The position numbers and the translations under genes were made by a program. Positions 13,001-25,000 of a stretch of 64,000 nucleotides of DNA are shown one piece after another (within the stretch, counting starts at the first letter, position 1; the number at the start of each line of letters is the position of its first letter). The notes below the pieces were generated by a model, which did no database searches, had not been told where the DNA came from, and was given only the letters and a program-made list of their open reading frames with translations. The stretch lies in assembly GCF_035084215.1 (NCBI RefSeq), contig NC_090362.1:5890001-5954000 (forward strand). Reading direction: 5' to 3'. This stretch comes from Heptranchias perlo (taxonomy: Eukaryota).

Positions 13001-16000
13001 CTGATACCTTCCCCAATACCTCCCTGATACCTCTCCTGATAGCTCCCCTGTTACCTCCCTGATACCTCCCGAATGCCTTCCCCAATACCTCCCCAATACC
13101 TCAAATGACACCACCCCGTTACCTCCCCGATACTTCCCCTGATACCTCCCCGATAACCCCTGCTACCTCCCTGATATCTCCCCCAGTTACCTTCCCCTGA
13201 TACATCTCTTGATACCTCCCGATATCGCCCCGGGACACGTACCACTTTGGATTATCACAAAGAATAAGTTGTGGTTTTCACATCCATCTCCTGTCAGTGT
13301 GACCAAGGACAGACAATCCGATGATCCATTTCCTGTGGAATCCTGAGCCGTGCAGGTAAATACCATAGAGTTTGATGTCTTCACATCGAATGTCAGTGAC
13401 TGAGACTCCATTCGATCTTCATTTGTTTTATGTTTTTTACACTCTGGCTGATTTTGTTTTTTGCTCTTCTGAGGATTGTTGTTTCCACAAGATTCAATTT
13501 TCATCCCTTTTTTCTTACATTTTGTTTTGCCCATTTCTGTTCCGAGATCACTGGTACTCCACCAGGTTACTTTATTCCCAGCACCAGCGGGTACGTTGCA
13601 TTGCAGAGTGGTGAAATCCCCTGGTCCTCGAGAGAAGAGATAAGTGGATCCTACAGGGAAAGGGCAGAATCAGATAGAGATAAATAACATTCCATACAGG
13701 AAAGGTCATTAAACACTCAGTGTGAAACAAAGCCTCTCACAGTAAATGAAGGAATGGTATTTTTTAAAACTGCACAATGGCTTGTAATAGGCCAGTTTAT
13801 TGTTGTTCCTTTCACAAAATTCTTTGCCACAGTCTCTAAATTAGCAAATCCACTTGGTGTTACAAATTACTTTTGTGTCAAATTACATTTTCCAAATTGT
13901 TTCATTGACGCTTGTTGACAACGTCTTCATTATTTTTTGAGATCTACTAGATCACCCTGCAGGAAGCGGATGATTACAGACATCAGTTAATGTCAGGATT
14001 AGATCGGGCTGTGATGCCCCCCATGGTCCAGCAGCCTGCTGATTCTGACTGTCGAGACTTGTATATGAAGAATGGCCACTCGCACGAGGTGCTGGAGGGC
14101 GGCTGGCACCCGGGGAACAGTAATCCGGCACCTGGGCCTGGAATCGTGCTGATCAGGAAAGAGTTCAACTTATTGGTCAGTCTCCTGTAACGTTGCACAT
14201 GGAGACTCAAGACTGGTGCAATCTCTAGTTGGGGCGGGGTTAAAAGGAGGGTGATAATTGGACCAGGGTGCACCGTCATAATGCAGTCCTTGGCGTGTAA
14301 TTGGCAAATGAATTTCAATATAGATAAGTGTGAGGTGGTACATTTTGGTAGGAAGAATAAGGAGGGCCACAAACTCCTTGGATAGTAGGAGTCCAAATGT
14401 GGCAGAGGAGCAGAGGGATCTGAGGGTACAGATACACAAATCACTAAAAGTAGTGACACAGGTTAATAAGGTCATAAAAAAGCAAACCAAGCACTGGGAT
14501 TCATTTCTAGAGGGATAGAATTGAAAAGCAGAGAAGTTATGTTAAAATTGCATACAACCTTGGTTCGGCCACACCTGAAATACTGTGAACAGTTCTGGTC
14601 TCCATATTATAAAAATGATATAGAGGCACTGGAGAAAGTGCAAAAAAGATTTACTAGGATGATACCAGAACTGAGAGGTTATACCTAGCAGGAAAGATTG
14701 AACAGGCTGGGGCTCTTTTCTCTCGAAAAGAGAAGGCTGAGGGATGACCTGATTGAGGTCTATAAAATTATGAAAGGGTTTGATAGGGTAGACGTAGAGA
14801 AGATGTTTCCACTTGTGGGTGAGACCAGAGCTAGGGGCCATAAATATAAGATAGTCACTAAGAAATCCAACAGGCAATTCAGGAGAAGTTTCTTTACCCA
14901 GAAGTGGTTAGAATTTAGAACTTGCTACCACAAGGAGTAGTTGAGGTAACTAGGCATAAATGCATTTAAGGGGAAGCTAGATAAACACGTGAGGGAGAAA
15001 GGAATAGAAGGATATGTTGATGGGGTTAGATGAAGTAGGGAGGGAGGGGGCTCATGTGGCATATAAACACAGACATGGACCTGTTGGGCTGAATGGCCTG
15101 TATCTGTGCTGCACATTCTATATACAATATACCTTGATTTTATATTACTATTTTTAGTTAAATATCAAAACTTACAACAATCTGGGAAGCAGAGAAGTAG
15201 AGTCAGTTGGAGCACAGGAACTTCTCTGGAGAACAGACTGAGGAGCCGGGAAACACAAATCCGAGTGCTACAGTGCAACCACTGGTGGGAGGGGGTAATT
15301 GCAGTGTGACAAGTTTAAAAGGAACAAAAGAGGATGTCTAAAAGTGCTTTACAGCCAATGAACGACTTTTGAAGTGTAGTCACTGTTGTAACGTAGGAAA
15401 CAAGGCAGCCAATTTACTCCCAGCAAGATCCCACAAACAGCAATGTGATAATGACCAGATAACCCGTCAGTTATGCTGGTTGAGGGATAAATATTGGCCA
15501 GGTCACCAGGGAGAATTCCTCTGCTCTTCTTCGAAAAAGTGTCAGTGGATCTTTTACATCCACCTGAGAGGGTTGACGGAGCCTCACTTTCACGTCTCAT
15601 CTGAAAGACGGCACCTCAGACAGTGAAAGAGGCCATTCAGCACATCTTTCCTGTGCCAGCTCTTTAAAAGAACTATCCAATTAATCTCACTCCCCTGCTC
15701 TTTCCCCATAGCCCTGAAAATTATCCAAATCCCTTTTGAAAGACACAATCGAATCTGCTTCCACCGTTCTTTCAGGCAGTACAATCCAGATTATAATAAC
15801 TCGCTGCGTAAAGATTGCTCCTCGTGTCGCCTCTTGTTCTTTTGCCAATTATCTTAAATCTGTGTCCTCTGGTCACCGACCCTCCTGCCAGTGGAAACAG
15901 TTTCTCCTTATTTATTCCATCAAAACCATGCAAAATATTGAACATCTCTATTAAATCCCCCTGAACTTTCTCTGCTGTAAGTTGACCCACCCTCTCTACT

Positions 16001-18971
16001 ACACAAAGTCTGCATAGAGACCCCACCTGACACAAAGTCTGGGTAAAGATTCCATATTACACAGAGTCTGAATAAAGAACTCCCCCATTACAGTGAGTCT
16101 GGATAGAGAACCCCATTACACAAAGTCTGGATAAAGACCCCTCCCCCATTGCACAGAGTCTGGATAGAGATCCCCCATTACACAGAGTCTGGATAGAGAT
16201 CCCCCATGACACAGAGTCTGGATAGAGATCCCCCATTACACAGAGTCTGGATAGAGATCTCCCATTACACAGAGTCTGGATAGAGATCCCCCATGACACA
16301 GAGTCTGGATAGAGATCCCCCATTACACAGAGTCTGGATAGAGATCTCCCATTACACAGCCGGGGGAGAATCATACAAAGGATGGTTGTGGTTGTTGGAG
16401 GTATATAAGCTGAGTTCAAGGATATCACTGCCGGGCGTCTTCAGGGCAGGGTCCAAAGCCCAACTATCTTCAGCTGCTTCGTCAATGACTTTCCCTCCAT
16501 CATGAAGTAAGAAATAGGACTGTTTGCTGATGTTTTCAGTGTTCAGCTCCATTCTCAATTCCTCAGATAATGAAGCAGTCCGTGCCCGCATACAGCAAGA
16601 CCTGGACAACATCCAGGCTTGGGCTGAGAAGTGACAAGTAACATTCGCAACACATAAGTGTCAGGCAATGACCATCTCCAACAAGAGAGAGTCTAACCAC
16701 CTCCACTTGGCATTCAATAGCGATACCATCACTGAGTCCCCCACCATCAACAATTTGGGGGATCACCATTGACCTGAAACTCGATGGGACCAGCTACATA
16801 AATGCCGTGGCTATTACAGCAGAAGAGAAGCTGGTATTTTGCAACAAGTGGCTCACCTCCTCACTCACCAAAGCCTCTCCAGCATCTATAAGTCATAAGT
16901 CAGGAGTGAGATGAAATATGCTCTATTTGCCTGATTGGGAGCAGCTGCAATAACACTAAAGAAGCTCGACACCATCCAGGCCAAAGCTGTCTGCAGACCC
17001 ATGACCTCCGCCACCGAGATGGACAAGGGCAGCAGGTGCTTGGGAAACCATCACCTGCAAGTTTACCTTCAACTCACACAACGTCCCGACTTGGACATAT
17101 ATTGCTGTTCCTTCATTGTTGCTGGGTCAAAATCCTGGAATTCCCTACAGAACTGCATTGTGGGAGCACGTTCACCACATGGACTGCAGAAGGAGGCCCA
17201 CCAGCACCTTCTCGAGGGCAATTAGGGATGGGCAACAAATGCCGGAATTGCCAGTGACGTCCACATCCCAAAGAATGATAAAAATAAATATGAAGCAATC
17301 ATCTACTTAATGAAGGAAATTAATTTAAAGATGTGCCATTCAATACTGGTTCCTAAGCTTTGGTGTGATTGTATTAACTGATAATGGGTGCAAGGACATC
17401 AGTTAGTCCTGTAAACGGAAATATCTTTGTAAATATTGTCTTTTTAATTGGGGTTTCTGTAGAAGGAGGAAATTAGCTGGTGCTGAATGGTACAGAACCA
17501 AAGACAGACTCAAAATTACAGGGTATCACTTGGTGGAATAGCAATTTTTTGTAAATTATTGCTAAGATAATGAAGTGGAGATGCCGGTGATGGACTGGGG
17601 TTGACAATTGTAAACAATTTTACAACACCAAGTTATAGTCCAGCAATTTTATTTTAAATTCACAAGCTTTTGGAGGCTTCCTCCTTCGTCAGATAATGAA
17701 GTAAGAGAGTTATATTGAACTCGGTAGTTCAATGGAAAAAGATCTCATTAGTCAGGAAACCAGCTTATTACCTAAAGTTATCAATAAGAGATAATTTAAA
17801 TAGATTCTCCTTATATGGAGTTGTATTTTAACTTTTGGTATAATATTGTAACCATCGCTAGTGGTTGGATGAACTTTTAAGTGTTTGTTAAGCATTATTG
17901 CATGTACTGCACGCTTAATAAATCTATGAACACTTATGCTCAATATTTCAAGAATCTTATTGATTTTGAGGATTAGATAGAACATCTCATCATAAATAAA
18001 AACCATCCTCTAACAGAGGATGAGACCGGAATGCTACCAGGGATGAGGGAATTCAGTTATGTGGAAAGACTGGAGAAGCTGGGATTGTTTTCCTTAGAAC
18101 AGAGAAGGTTAAGGGGAGATTTAACAGAAGTGGTCAAAATTATGAAAGGTATTGATAGCGTAAATAAAGAGAAACTGTTTCCATTGGCAGGAAGGTCGGT
18201 AACCAAAGGACACAGATTTCAGATAATTGGCAAAAGAACCAGGGGAGATGAGGAAATAAGAATTTAAACAGCGAATTTACGATCTGGAATGCACTGCCTG
18301 AAAGGGTGGTGGAAACAGATTCAATAGCAACTTTCAAAAGGGATGAATACTAGAAAGACAAAATTTGCAGCGCTATGAGGAAAAAGCAGGCAAGTGGGAC
18401 TAAGTGGACAGCTCTTTCAAAGAGCCGGCACAGACACGATGGGCTGAATGGCCTCCTTCTGTGTTGTATCATTCTATGAGAAGGAGGCATTTCAGCCCAT
18501 TGTATCAGTGCTGGCTCTTTACCAGAACAATCTCATTGCCCCGCTCTCCCCACAGTCCTGTATCTTTCTCTGCTTCAAATGTTTATCCCATTCTCACTTA
18601 AAAGATGCAATGATCTCGGCCTCAACCAGTCCCTGTGGAAAACATTCCAAACTCCAACAACCCTCTGTGTAAAGACATTTCTCCAAACCTCTCTCCTCAC
18701 TCTCTTAGTGACAAGTTTAAACTGACGACTCACGATTAAACCTTTAAACGGCACAGCAAGGACTGTGATACGAGCACATTAAACACCCGCAGGAGAACAG
18801 CACCGATGGGAATCGATATCTTTCAATCTTTATATTTCTCCATTGAGATACAGATCGACACTGAAATTTCCAGACAAGAAATATGTTGAAGATTAACTGA
18901 AAGTATTAATCCTTACCTGTAGCATATTGGAACAGAAGGAACAGACCCACAAACAAAGCACTGAGCATCAT
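9570..18971 (-). CDS. IgSF type I membrane receptor gene, copy A (8 exons: 18971-18917, 13650-13243, 12698-12216, 12094-12062 [in-frame TAA], 10233-10123, 10008-9987, 9889-9855, 9760-9570)
   Basis: All exons have AG acceptors and GT donors with compatible phases (1,1,1,1,1,2,1). Translation gives leader, two Ig-like domains, S/T stalk, TM and a Tyr-motif tail. The same structure recurs in unit B. Confidence 0.85.
10123..10233 (-). CDS. Copy A transmembrane exon DPYTGATDKFVYVVCAVVLICIVGVICIIRRNRQSVK
   Basis: Acceptor cttctcctctgcAG, donor GTAAGC. About 20 hydrophobic residues followed by a basic stop-transfer RRNR, with no charged residue in the TM. Confidence 0.88.
10309..10655 (-). pseudogene. 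Dead relic of the 3' part of an Ig2/stalk exon plus a frameshifted micro-exon copy, inside intron 4 (unit A)
   Basis: VWKIAANVSLTVTEPSAESSDTSTSTS... matches the exon 3 C-terminus. The 5' end is cut off by a CR1 fragment, the donor is mutated GTAAGT>ATAAGT, and the micro-exon copy is 43 nt. Confidence 0.8.
12062..12094 (-). CDS. Copy A 33-nt micro-exon containing in-frame TAA (12083-12081)
   Basis: ctattccAG|AT TCT AAC CGG TAA AGT TTG TTC TTC GTC CCA G|GTAAC. The homologous exon in copy B is open, with AAA at that codon. Confidence 0.65.
12216..12698 (-). CDS. Copy A exon 3, V-type Ig domain 2 plus Ser/Thr-rich stalk (161 codons)
   Basis: VSEGESVTLPC...LFW...HNLTIHSAHRVDIGRYLC is a canonical V-set pattern. 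Acceptor ttgtttatAG, donor GTAAGT, phase 1-1. Confidence 0.92.
12880..13230. repeat. ~12-bp minisatellite (gatacctcccct)n in intron 2; shorter copy 32720-32950
   Basis: Tandem degenerate 11-12-mers. Confidence 0.9.
13243..13650 (-). CDS. Copy A exon 2, atypical Ig-like domain 1 (136 codons)
   Basis: Acceptor ccctttccctgtAG, donor GTACGT, phase 1-1. Ig motifs TTLQC...VTWW...SLTFDVKTSNSMVFTC. Confidence 0.8.
14291..15120 (+). mobile_element. CR1 LINE 3' fragment, present only in unit A intron 1
   Basis: LGLFSLEKRRLRDDLIEVYKIMKG; the empty site is at ~34010 in unit B. Confidence 0.88.
15340..15975 (-). mobile_element. Deu-SINE fragment followed by a CR1 3' end
   Basis: SINE body 15340-15625; GDLIEMFNILHGFDGINKEKLFPLAG at 15625-15975. 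Confidence 0.8.
16000..16358. repeat. 28-30-bp minisatellite (cattacacagagtctggatagagatccc)n, ~12 units
   Basis: Tandem units; same family as 46205-49100. Confidence 0.92.
17577..17690 (-). mobile_element. Solo Penelope pseudo-LTR fragment with degenerate hammerhead motif and 12-bp TSD AGATAATGAAGT
   Basis: Similar to the reverse complement of 52779-52896; direct repeats at 17565-17576 and 17691-17702. Confidence 0.8.
18020..18480 (+). mobile_element. CR1 LINE 3' end
   Basis: YVERLEKLGLFSLEQRRLRGDL; tail gggctgaatggcctccttctgtg...attctatg. Confidence 0.88.
18917..18971 (-). CDS. Copy A exon 1, signal peptide MMLSALFVGLFLLFQYAT(G)
   Basis: ATG at 18971, hydrophobic core, phase-1 donor G|GTAAGG typical of IgSF leader exons. 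Confidence 0.85.
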
Positions 18972-19075
18972 TTCAGATTCCGAAATGGATTTTGCTCTTC
19001 AGAAGCTGGGCGGCTGTTTCACCATCGCGTTCTGATCTGTGAGAGAAAAAGAGAAGTGTAACTTTTCGAGGTGGT

Positions 19076-19099
19076 GGAAGGGAAAAGCAACTTCCTGTT
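19076..19099. promoter_or_regulatory. Putative proximal promoter of copy A: Ets-IRF composite-like GGAAGGGAAA and ETS site ACTTCCTGTT
   Basis: About 105-130 bp upstream of the ATG, matches GGAAnnGAAA and AGGAAGT, conserved in copy B. No TATA box seen. Confidence 0.45.
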
Positions 19100-22000
19100 C
19101 GATCACCTCAGAGGACAGGTGTAACCTGACGTTGAATTAATGGACCTGGGAACAGCAATTGGGCTGTTTGTTCAACCCTCCAACCAGAGAAGGGACTGGA
19201 GAGGTGAATACAAAGTGCAAACTATGAGTGTGCCACTGTGCATCACAGTGATAGTGAGTAACACACCCAACAGATACGTTAACGGCCCCCTAGCATGATG
19301 TAGATAATAACAGTCTGGAGTACAAGAGCTTTTAGTCAACAGTAACATCAGATCAACGCCCCCCAACCCACTCTCCCACTCTCCCCCACCCTACTGCTCC
19401 CCCCACTCTTCCCCCCCCCCCCCCCCCCGCTTGCAGAGGATTAACATGGGAGACAATTTAAATGTTGCGTCACAAGATCACAATATCAATACCGTTGAGA
19501 GAGTGTTAGCTCCTCCCCCATCGTGCCATCTAACTGGACCTTGGATAAATCGAAGGTCCCGCTCCTCATTACCTTACCAGCAACAACAGTCCCAGTGTTG
19601 ATCAGTCTTTGTGTGAAGAAATTCTTCCCGATGTCTCTGTTCAAATTTCATTCCACCAGTGATAGCTCAAACCCCTTGTTCTAGTATCTTGCATTACCTT
19701 CAAGTGGATTCAATTTGCTGTATCCACACTGTTTAATATAATTTATTTTATCGTTCTTCAGTATGTGGGCGTTGCTGACAATTCCGGCATTTATTGCCCA
19801 TCCCTAGTTGCCCCTTGAAAAGGTGGTGATGGGACTTCTTCTTGAAATGCTGCAGTCCGTGTGGTGAAGGTGTTCCCACAATGCTTTTAGGTCTGGAGTT
19901 CCAGTATTTTGACTCAGGGACACTGAAGAAACTGCTGGTGTATGTCCAAGCCGGAATGCTTTGTGACTTGGATGGGAACTTGGAGGTGAAGGTTTTCCCA
20001 CGTACCTGCTGCCCTTGTCCATCTAGGTGCTGGAGGTCATGGGTTTAGGAAGTGTTGCCAAAGAAGCCTTGACGAGTTGTTTCACTGCAGCCATGTGCGC
20101 CGGTGGTGGAGGGAGTGGATGTTTCAGGTGGTAGATGAATGGGCTGCCCATTAAGGGGACTGCTTTGTCCTGGATGGTGTTGAGCTTCTTGAATGTTGTT
20201 GCAGCTGTACCCATCCAGGCAACTGGAGAGTATTCCATAACACTCCTGACATGTGCCTTGTAAGTGTTGGAGAAGCTTTGGGGAGTCGGGAGGTGAGCCA
20301 CTCGCTGCAGAATACCCAGCCTCTGACCTGCTCTAGTAGCCATATCATTTATGTGGCTTATCCAGTTGAGTTTCTGGTCAATGCTGACCCCACGCCCCCC
20401 AAGGATGTTGACGGTGTGGGATTTGGTGATGGTTATACCACTGAATGTCAAGGGGAGGTTGTTAGGCTCTCTCTTGAAGATGGTCATTGCCTGGCAAATA
20501 TGGCGTGCAAATGTTACTTGCCACTTATCAGCCCAAGCCTGGATGTTGTCCAGGTCTTGCTGCATGCAGGCATGGACTGCTTCATTATCTGAGGAATTGC
20601 GAATGGAACTGAACACTGAAAAAATCAGTGACCTTATGAAGGAGGAAAGGTCATTGATGAAGCAGCTGAAGATAATTGGGATTGGATGACGCATGAGGAA
20701 ATCCTGCAGCGATGTCCCCCTAGGGATGAGGTGTTGGCCTCCAAAATCATCCACAACCATCTTCCTTTATGCCTGAAAATCCACTTCATTGACCAAGCTT
20801 TTGGTCACACTTTCTATTATCTCCTTCTCTAGATCAGATTCCAATGTTTGCTCACAGCTCTGTGGGACGGGCATGTTGGGAACAGTTCAGTTTTTGAACC
20901 AGTTCCTCTTTATCATCTTTTTACTTAGAAATCTTGAATCAGAGGAACAAATGAAAAAGAGCAAGTCTGCTGAATGTGATCAACAGAAATCTAACTCGAG
21001 GTTTATTGGTTGCAGTTCCCCCACCCAAAGAAAGGTCCCATCAGCATAGAAATACCTGAAAACTGTTATTGCAGATCACAATAAAAATGGGGCAATCATT
21101 AACCAGCAGCAATACCCAAGACAGAATCCATTTGTACATTCGGCTGAATCTCACACCCACTTCTACATCCAACGAGCTGTAAATAGCCGAGCCTTTTACA
21201 CTTGCTTCACTTGAGAAGGTGGTGCTGGGCCTTCTTCTTGAACCGCTGCAGTCCGTGTGGTGAAGGTGCTCGCACAGAGCTATTAGGTCGGGAATTCCAG
21301 GATTTTGACCCAACAACAATGAAGGAGACGTGGCAATAGGAACAGTATGTGACTTGGAGGGGAGCTTAGAGATGATGGTGTTCCCAGGACATTGCTGCTC
21401 TTATCCATCTGGGTGGTAGAGGGAGGGAGTTACTGTAAATGGTACATACCGAAGCCATAGTGTGCCAGTGGTGGAGGGTTGGACATTGAGCCTGGTGACA
21501 GGGGCACCAATCAAGTGAACTGCTGGGTTCTGGATTGAGGAAGAGTCACAAGGGAAGAGATACTCACATCAAAGCTCGAATACGCAGTGAAGGAGAGGCC
21601 AGAAAGCAAAACGTTGCACTGACTCTTTGGGTTTTGTGGTCTAAGTATAGAGTACTTGGATATATTTGTCTGAAGCAGAGAACACTGTCCAGGGAGAGTT
21701 TTGTTGGCTGGTCTATAATCAATTTGTAAATATAAAAGAGACACTGGAACGTCAGTATCATGGCAGCCATTTAAAAAGGGAATTCCCTGTTTTGGGGAGG
21801 GATCCAGGTGGGAGAGCCCCACCCTGGGAGAGCTCAGTGTTCGTTATGGCATTTCTGCAGGATATTGAAATCAAATATTAATATTGCAGTGATTTTTTTT
21901 GTGACACAAATGATATCACCTCACATGTGCCTGTGAACAAAGAACAATTTCACGAGGTCGGTCTTTATTTTGTGCGATGGTGTAAAACGGGTGATAACGA

Positions 22001-25000
22001 ATCGTCAGCCCGTTTTACATCAATCCCCATTTTTATTTCCATTGACTTCAAATCTGTCCTGAAGCAGTGTATCAATGGAAGGCAGGGAATGGTGGGGTCC
22101 ACAATAACACATCAGGGGGAATTCACTGACCCTGCCCCTCTCCCCCGGCAGTGAGCTCTGCTTAAAGGAGACGCAATTGAGTTGGGCCCATTCCCTGACC
22201 CCTGCCCCATGTTTGAGCATGGCTGCCCACTGGTGAATTTACCAGTGAAGTCCTTTTATGTTACTCAATGGCCCCATGCATTGTTCAACATTTCCAACAT
22301 CAAAATATAAACTTCTAATTTCAATGTAGTTACACTGTTTTCTGCTTTGAAAAACACTGTTTAGAGACAGGCTGGGGGCAGACAATTAGTGACGAACTTT
22401 CCCTTACACCATCGTGAATTTCCACCTCAGTGTCCTCATTAATAGGGCCACTTGTCCCTCTCCCCCTCCCTCCCTCCTCACTCTCCCCATTGCCTCCACC
22501 CGCCCCCACCTCCCCCGTGGGATGACGCCACGAGCACTGGGAACTCGAGCCAAATGACAATTCTTCATGTGTGAGTGTCGGCTGTGACTCTTTGCCCGCT
22601 GTCTGATCTTGAGACCATCACAACTGGGGGCCTGATCTTGTTCTCATCCAATAGCCACACATTTGTTACAGGATCCCTAGGGCACCAATCAGTGCTGGGA
22701 TCCCTGGCCGAACTTTTTCTTCCCCAATCCTGGGGTACTGAGGCTGATTGTAGAGTCCCCGCTGAGATCAGTTCATTCATCGAATTAGTTTGGCATAAAA
22801 TTCCTGCTCGACAAATAACACTGCTCATCATTTGTTATATTTTTCAAACATTGTTTATTGAATGACTTCTAATCGCAATAAAGCTGCATTTTGCTTATCA
22901 CACACCAGCAATGCGTTGTTCTATCTGAACAGAGTCCAAGGGGGTGAAATTGGTCTTCGCCAGTAGCGCAAAACTCATATTGAATCGACCGCCTGTTTCA
23001 CACCGCGCCACAGTTACCTTTCCGTCAAAATTAAAACTGACGAAGACTGATTTCAGTCCCGAGCGTTGAGCTGTTACATTCTTCAACTGCTGGTTCCCAT
23101 CTCCCACATCCTGAGTCGGTGAGAGTGGAAACTCTCATTGAGTCTGTCGCCGTGTTTGTGTCGATCGCCACAAAACTTCCGACCAAAAGCCAAAGAGCTG
23201 CTGCCGGAAGTTTAATATCGTTTGCAGAACACTTTGAGAAGATTTATCCGCACACAATCCTGTGCTTCAAGGGGCTTCAATGTTACAATCTGTGGAAACA
23301 CATTTGCATTTCAGGGGGTCGGTTCCACATCTTTGCTCTGTGTGGTTTTCCTTCCCTAAAAATTAATGGATGGATTGAAAGAAGAAAGACTTGCATTTGT
23401 GTAGCGCCTTTCACAACCTCAGAACATCACAAAGCACTTTACAGCCAATGAAATACTTTTGAAGTGTAGTCACTGTTGTAATGTAGGAAAAGCAACAGCC
23501 AATTTGCACACAGCAAGATCCCACAAACATCAATGTGATAATCATCAGATAATCTGCTTTCAGCTGTTGGCTGAGGGATAAATATTGGTCAGGGCACCAG
23601 GGAGAGGTCCCCTGCTCTTCTTCGATTAGTGCCATGGGATCTTTTACATCTACCTGAGAGGGCAGACGGGGCCTCGCTTTGACGTCTCGTCCAAAAGACA
23701 GCACCTCAGGCGGTGCAGCTCCCCCTCACTACTGCACTGGGAGTGTCAGCCTAGATTATGTGCTCAAATCTCTGGATTGCCGTGTGGAGCGAGCGAAACT
23801 CTGCTCCCAAATTCCCGATACGTGTGAGGTTCCACAGAGGGAGCGTGAATCCATAAAGTCATCTCTACACGCTCCCACATTCAGCACAGATCCCTGTATT
23901 CTGCTCCAACAACACACCTTGATCCCAGCTTCTGAAAAGATCCCCCTACAACACCAATGTGATTTTTTGTTTCCCACACCAGCCATCATTACAATCAGCC
24001 TCTCCCCCTCCCGTTACTCCACACCATCCCGACTCACACTGGGAATTCAGTGGGGTGCTGAGCTTGTGCACTGTGAGGCCGTGTGTGAGAACTGGGCTGG
24101 GCTGGGCCTGGCCAAACTCATTGCAAGTCGCTATGCTGCAGGCAGTGGAGAGATGAGACTGTCATCCAGACATTCTGGACTGGTTTCAAGCCCAGGTACC
24201 AGAGGTGAGACGGTATCATGCTAAAACTGCCCTCACTGTAGCACAGACTGGCACTCAGAGAGGTCACAAGGTCAGGTGGTACAGGAAAAGCAAAGGCTCA
24301 CACTGGGGCCCTGCTCTGTGTTTGGGGTCAATCCACCTTGTTGATGCTGAGTGAAAGAAATTGGCTCTGTGCCAAACCTGTGCTGTACCTGACCTGGGAC
24401 TTCGGAACGCTGGCACTTGGGCCTAGAATTGGATCACACCCGAGTTGGGGTGAGATCCGGGTGCAGCGCACACCACACACGCCTAATGATCACGGCCACA
24501 GCAAATCGGTCCGCTGGCCTCACTTCTTTATTACCAGAGAGCTGCGGGACCCAGTCACAGCCACAGAGATAGCTCACTGATCGTCAGGGAGGGAGCAAGA
24601 TTGGCCGACTGGGACCTAAGGTGATTGCGGGGGTAGGGGGTTGGTGAGGCAATGGGGAGGGGACGAGCGGTGACTGGTAGAGGCTCGCGATATTAATGTG
24701 GGGTCGGGAGGAGTGTTCATGCTTCCTCCTGATTCACATTCAGGTAAGGATTTTATTCTAAACTTACCGTTTTGCTGGCGGCCTCCAGCGGTCCCTACAA
24801 GGAGCCCTGGTTAGGCCGCATGGAGATCTGGTAATCCTGAATTCAGCAGGCCTGAAGCCTGCAGCATTGAGGGCAAACCATTCTATGGTTTGGGTCCAAA
24901 AACAAGCTGTAGGCCTCTTATTGGAATATTCAGGGGGCCTAACCCCCATTTCAGGCAGCAGCCATGGACGCCTCTACAGCGACCGAACCAAAATGGCGTC

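Larger units (their letters stand above)
1..19270 (+). repeat. Segmental tandem duplication, unit A (may continue left of the window)
   Basis: Collinear with unit B at offsets ~19402, 19379, 19470, 19684 and 19720; identical ORF translations recur in the track. Confidence 0.95.

Noticed and set aside
12216-13650. Rearranging antigen-receptor V segments (IgNAR/TCR/Ig) or NITR
   Set aside because: Exons end in splice donors, not RSS; no D, J or C1 segments; no WYRQ, YYC or FGxG motifs. No gene symbol assigned.
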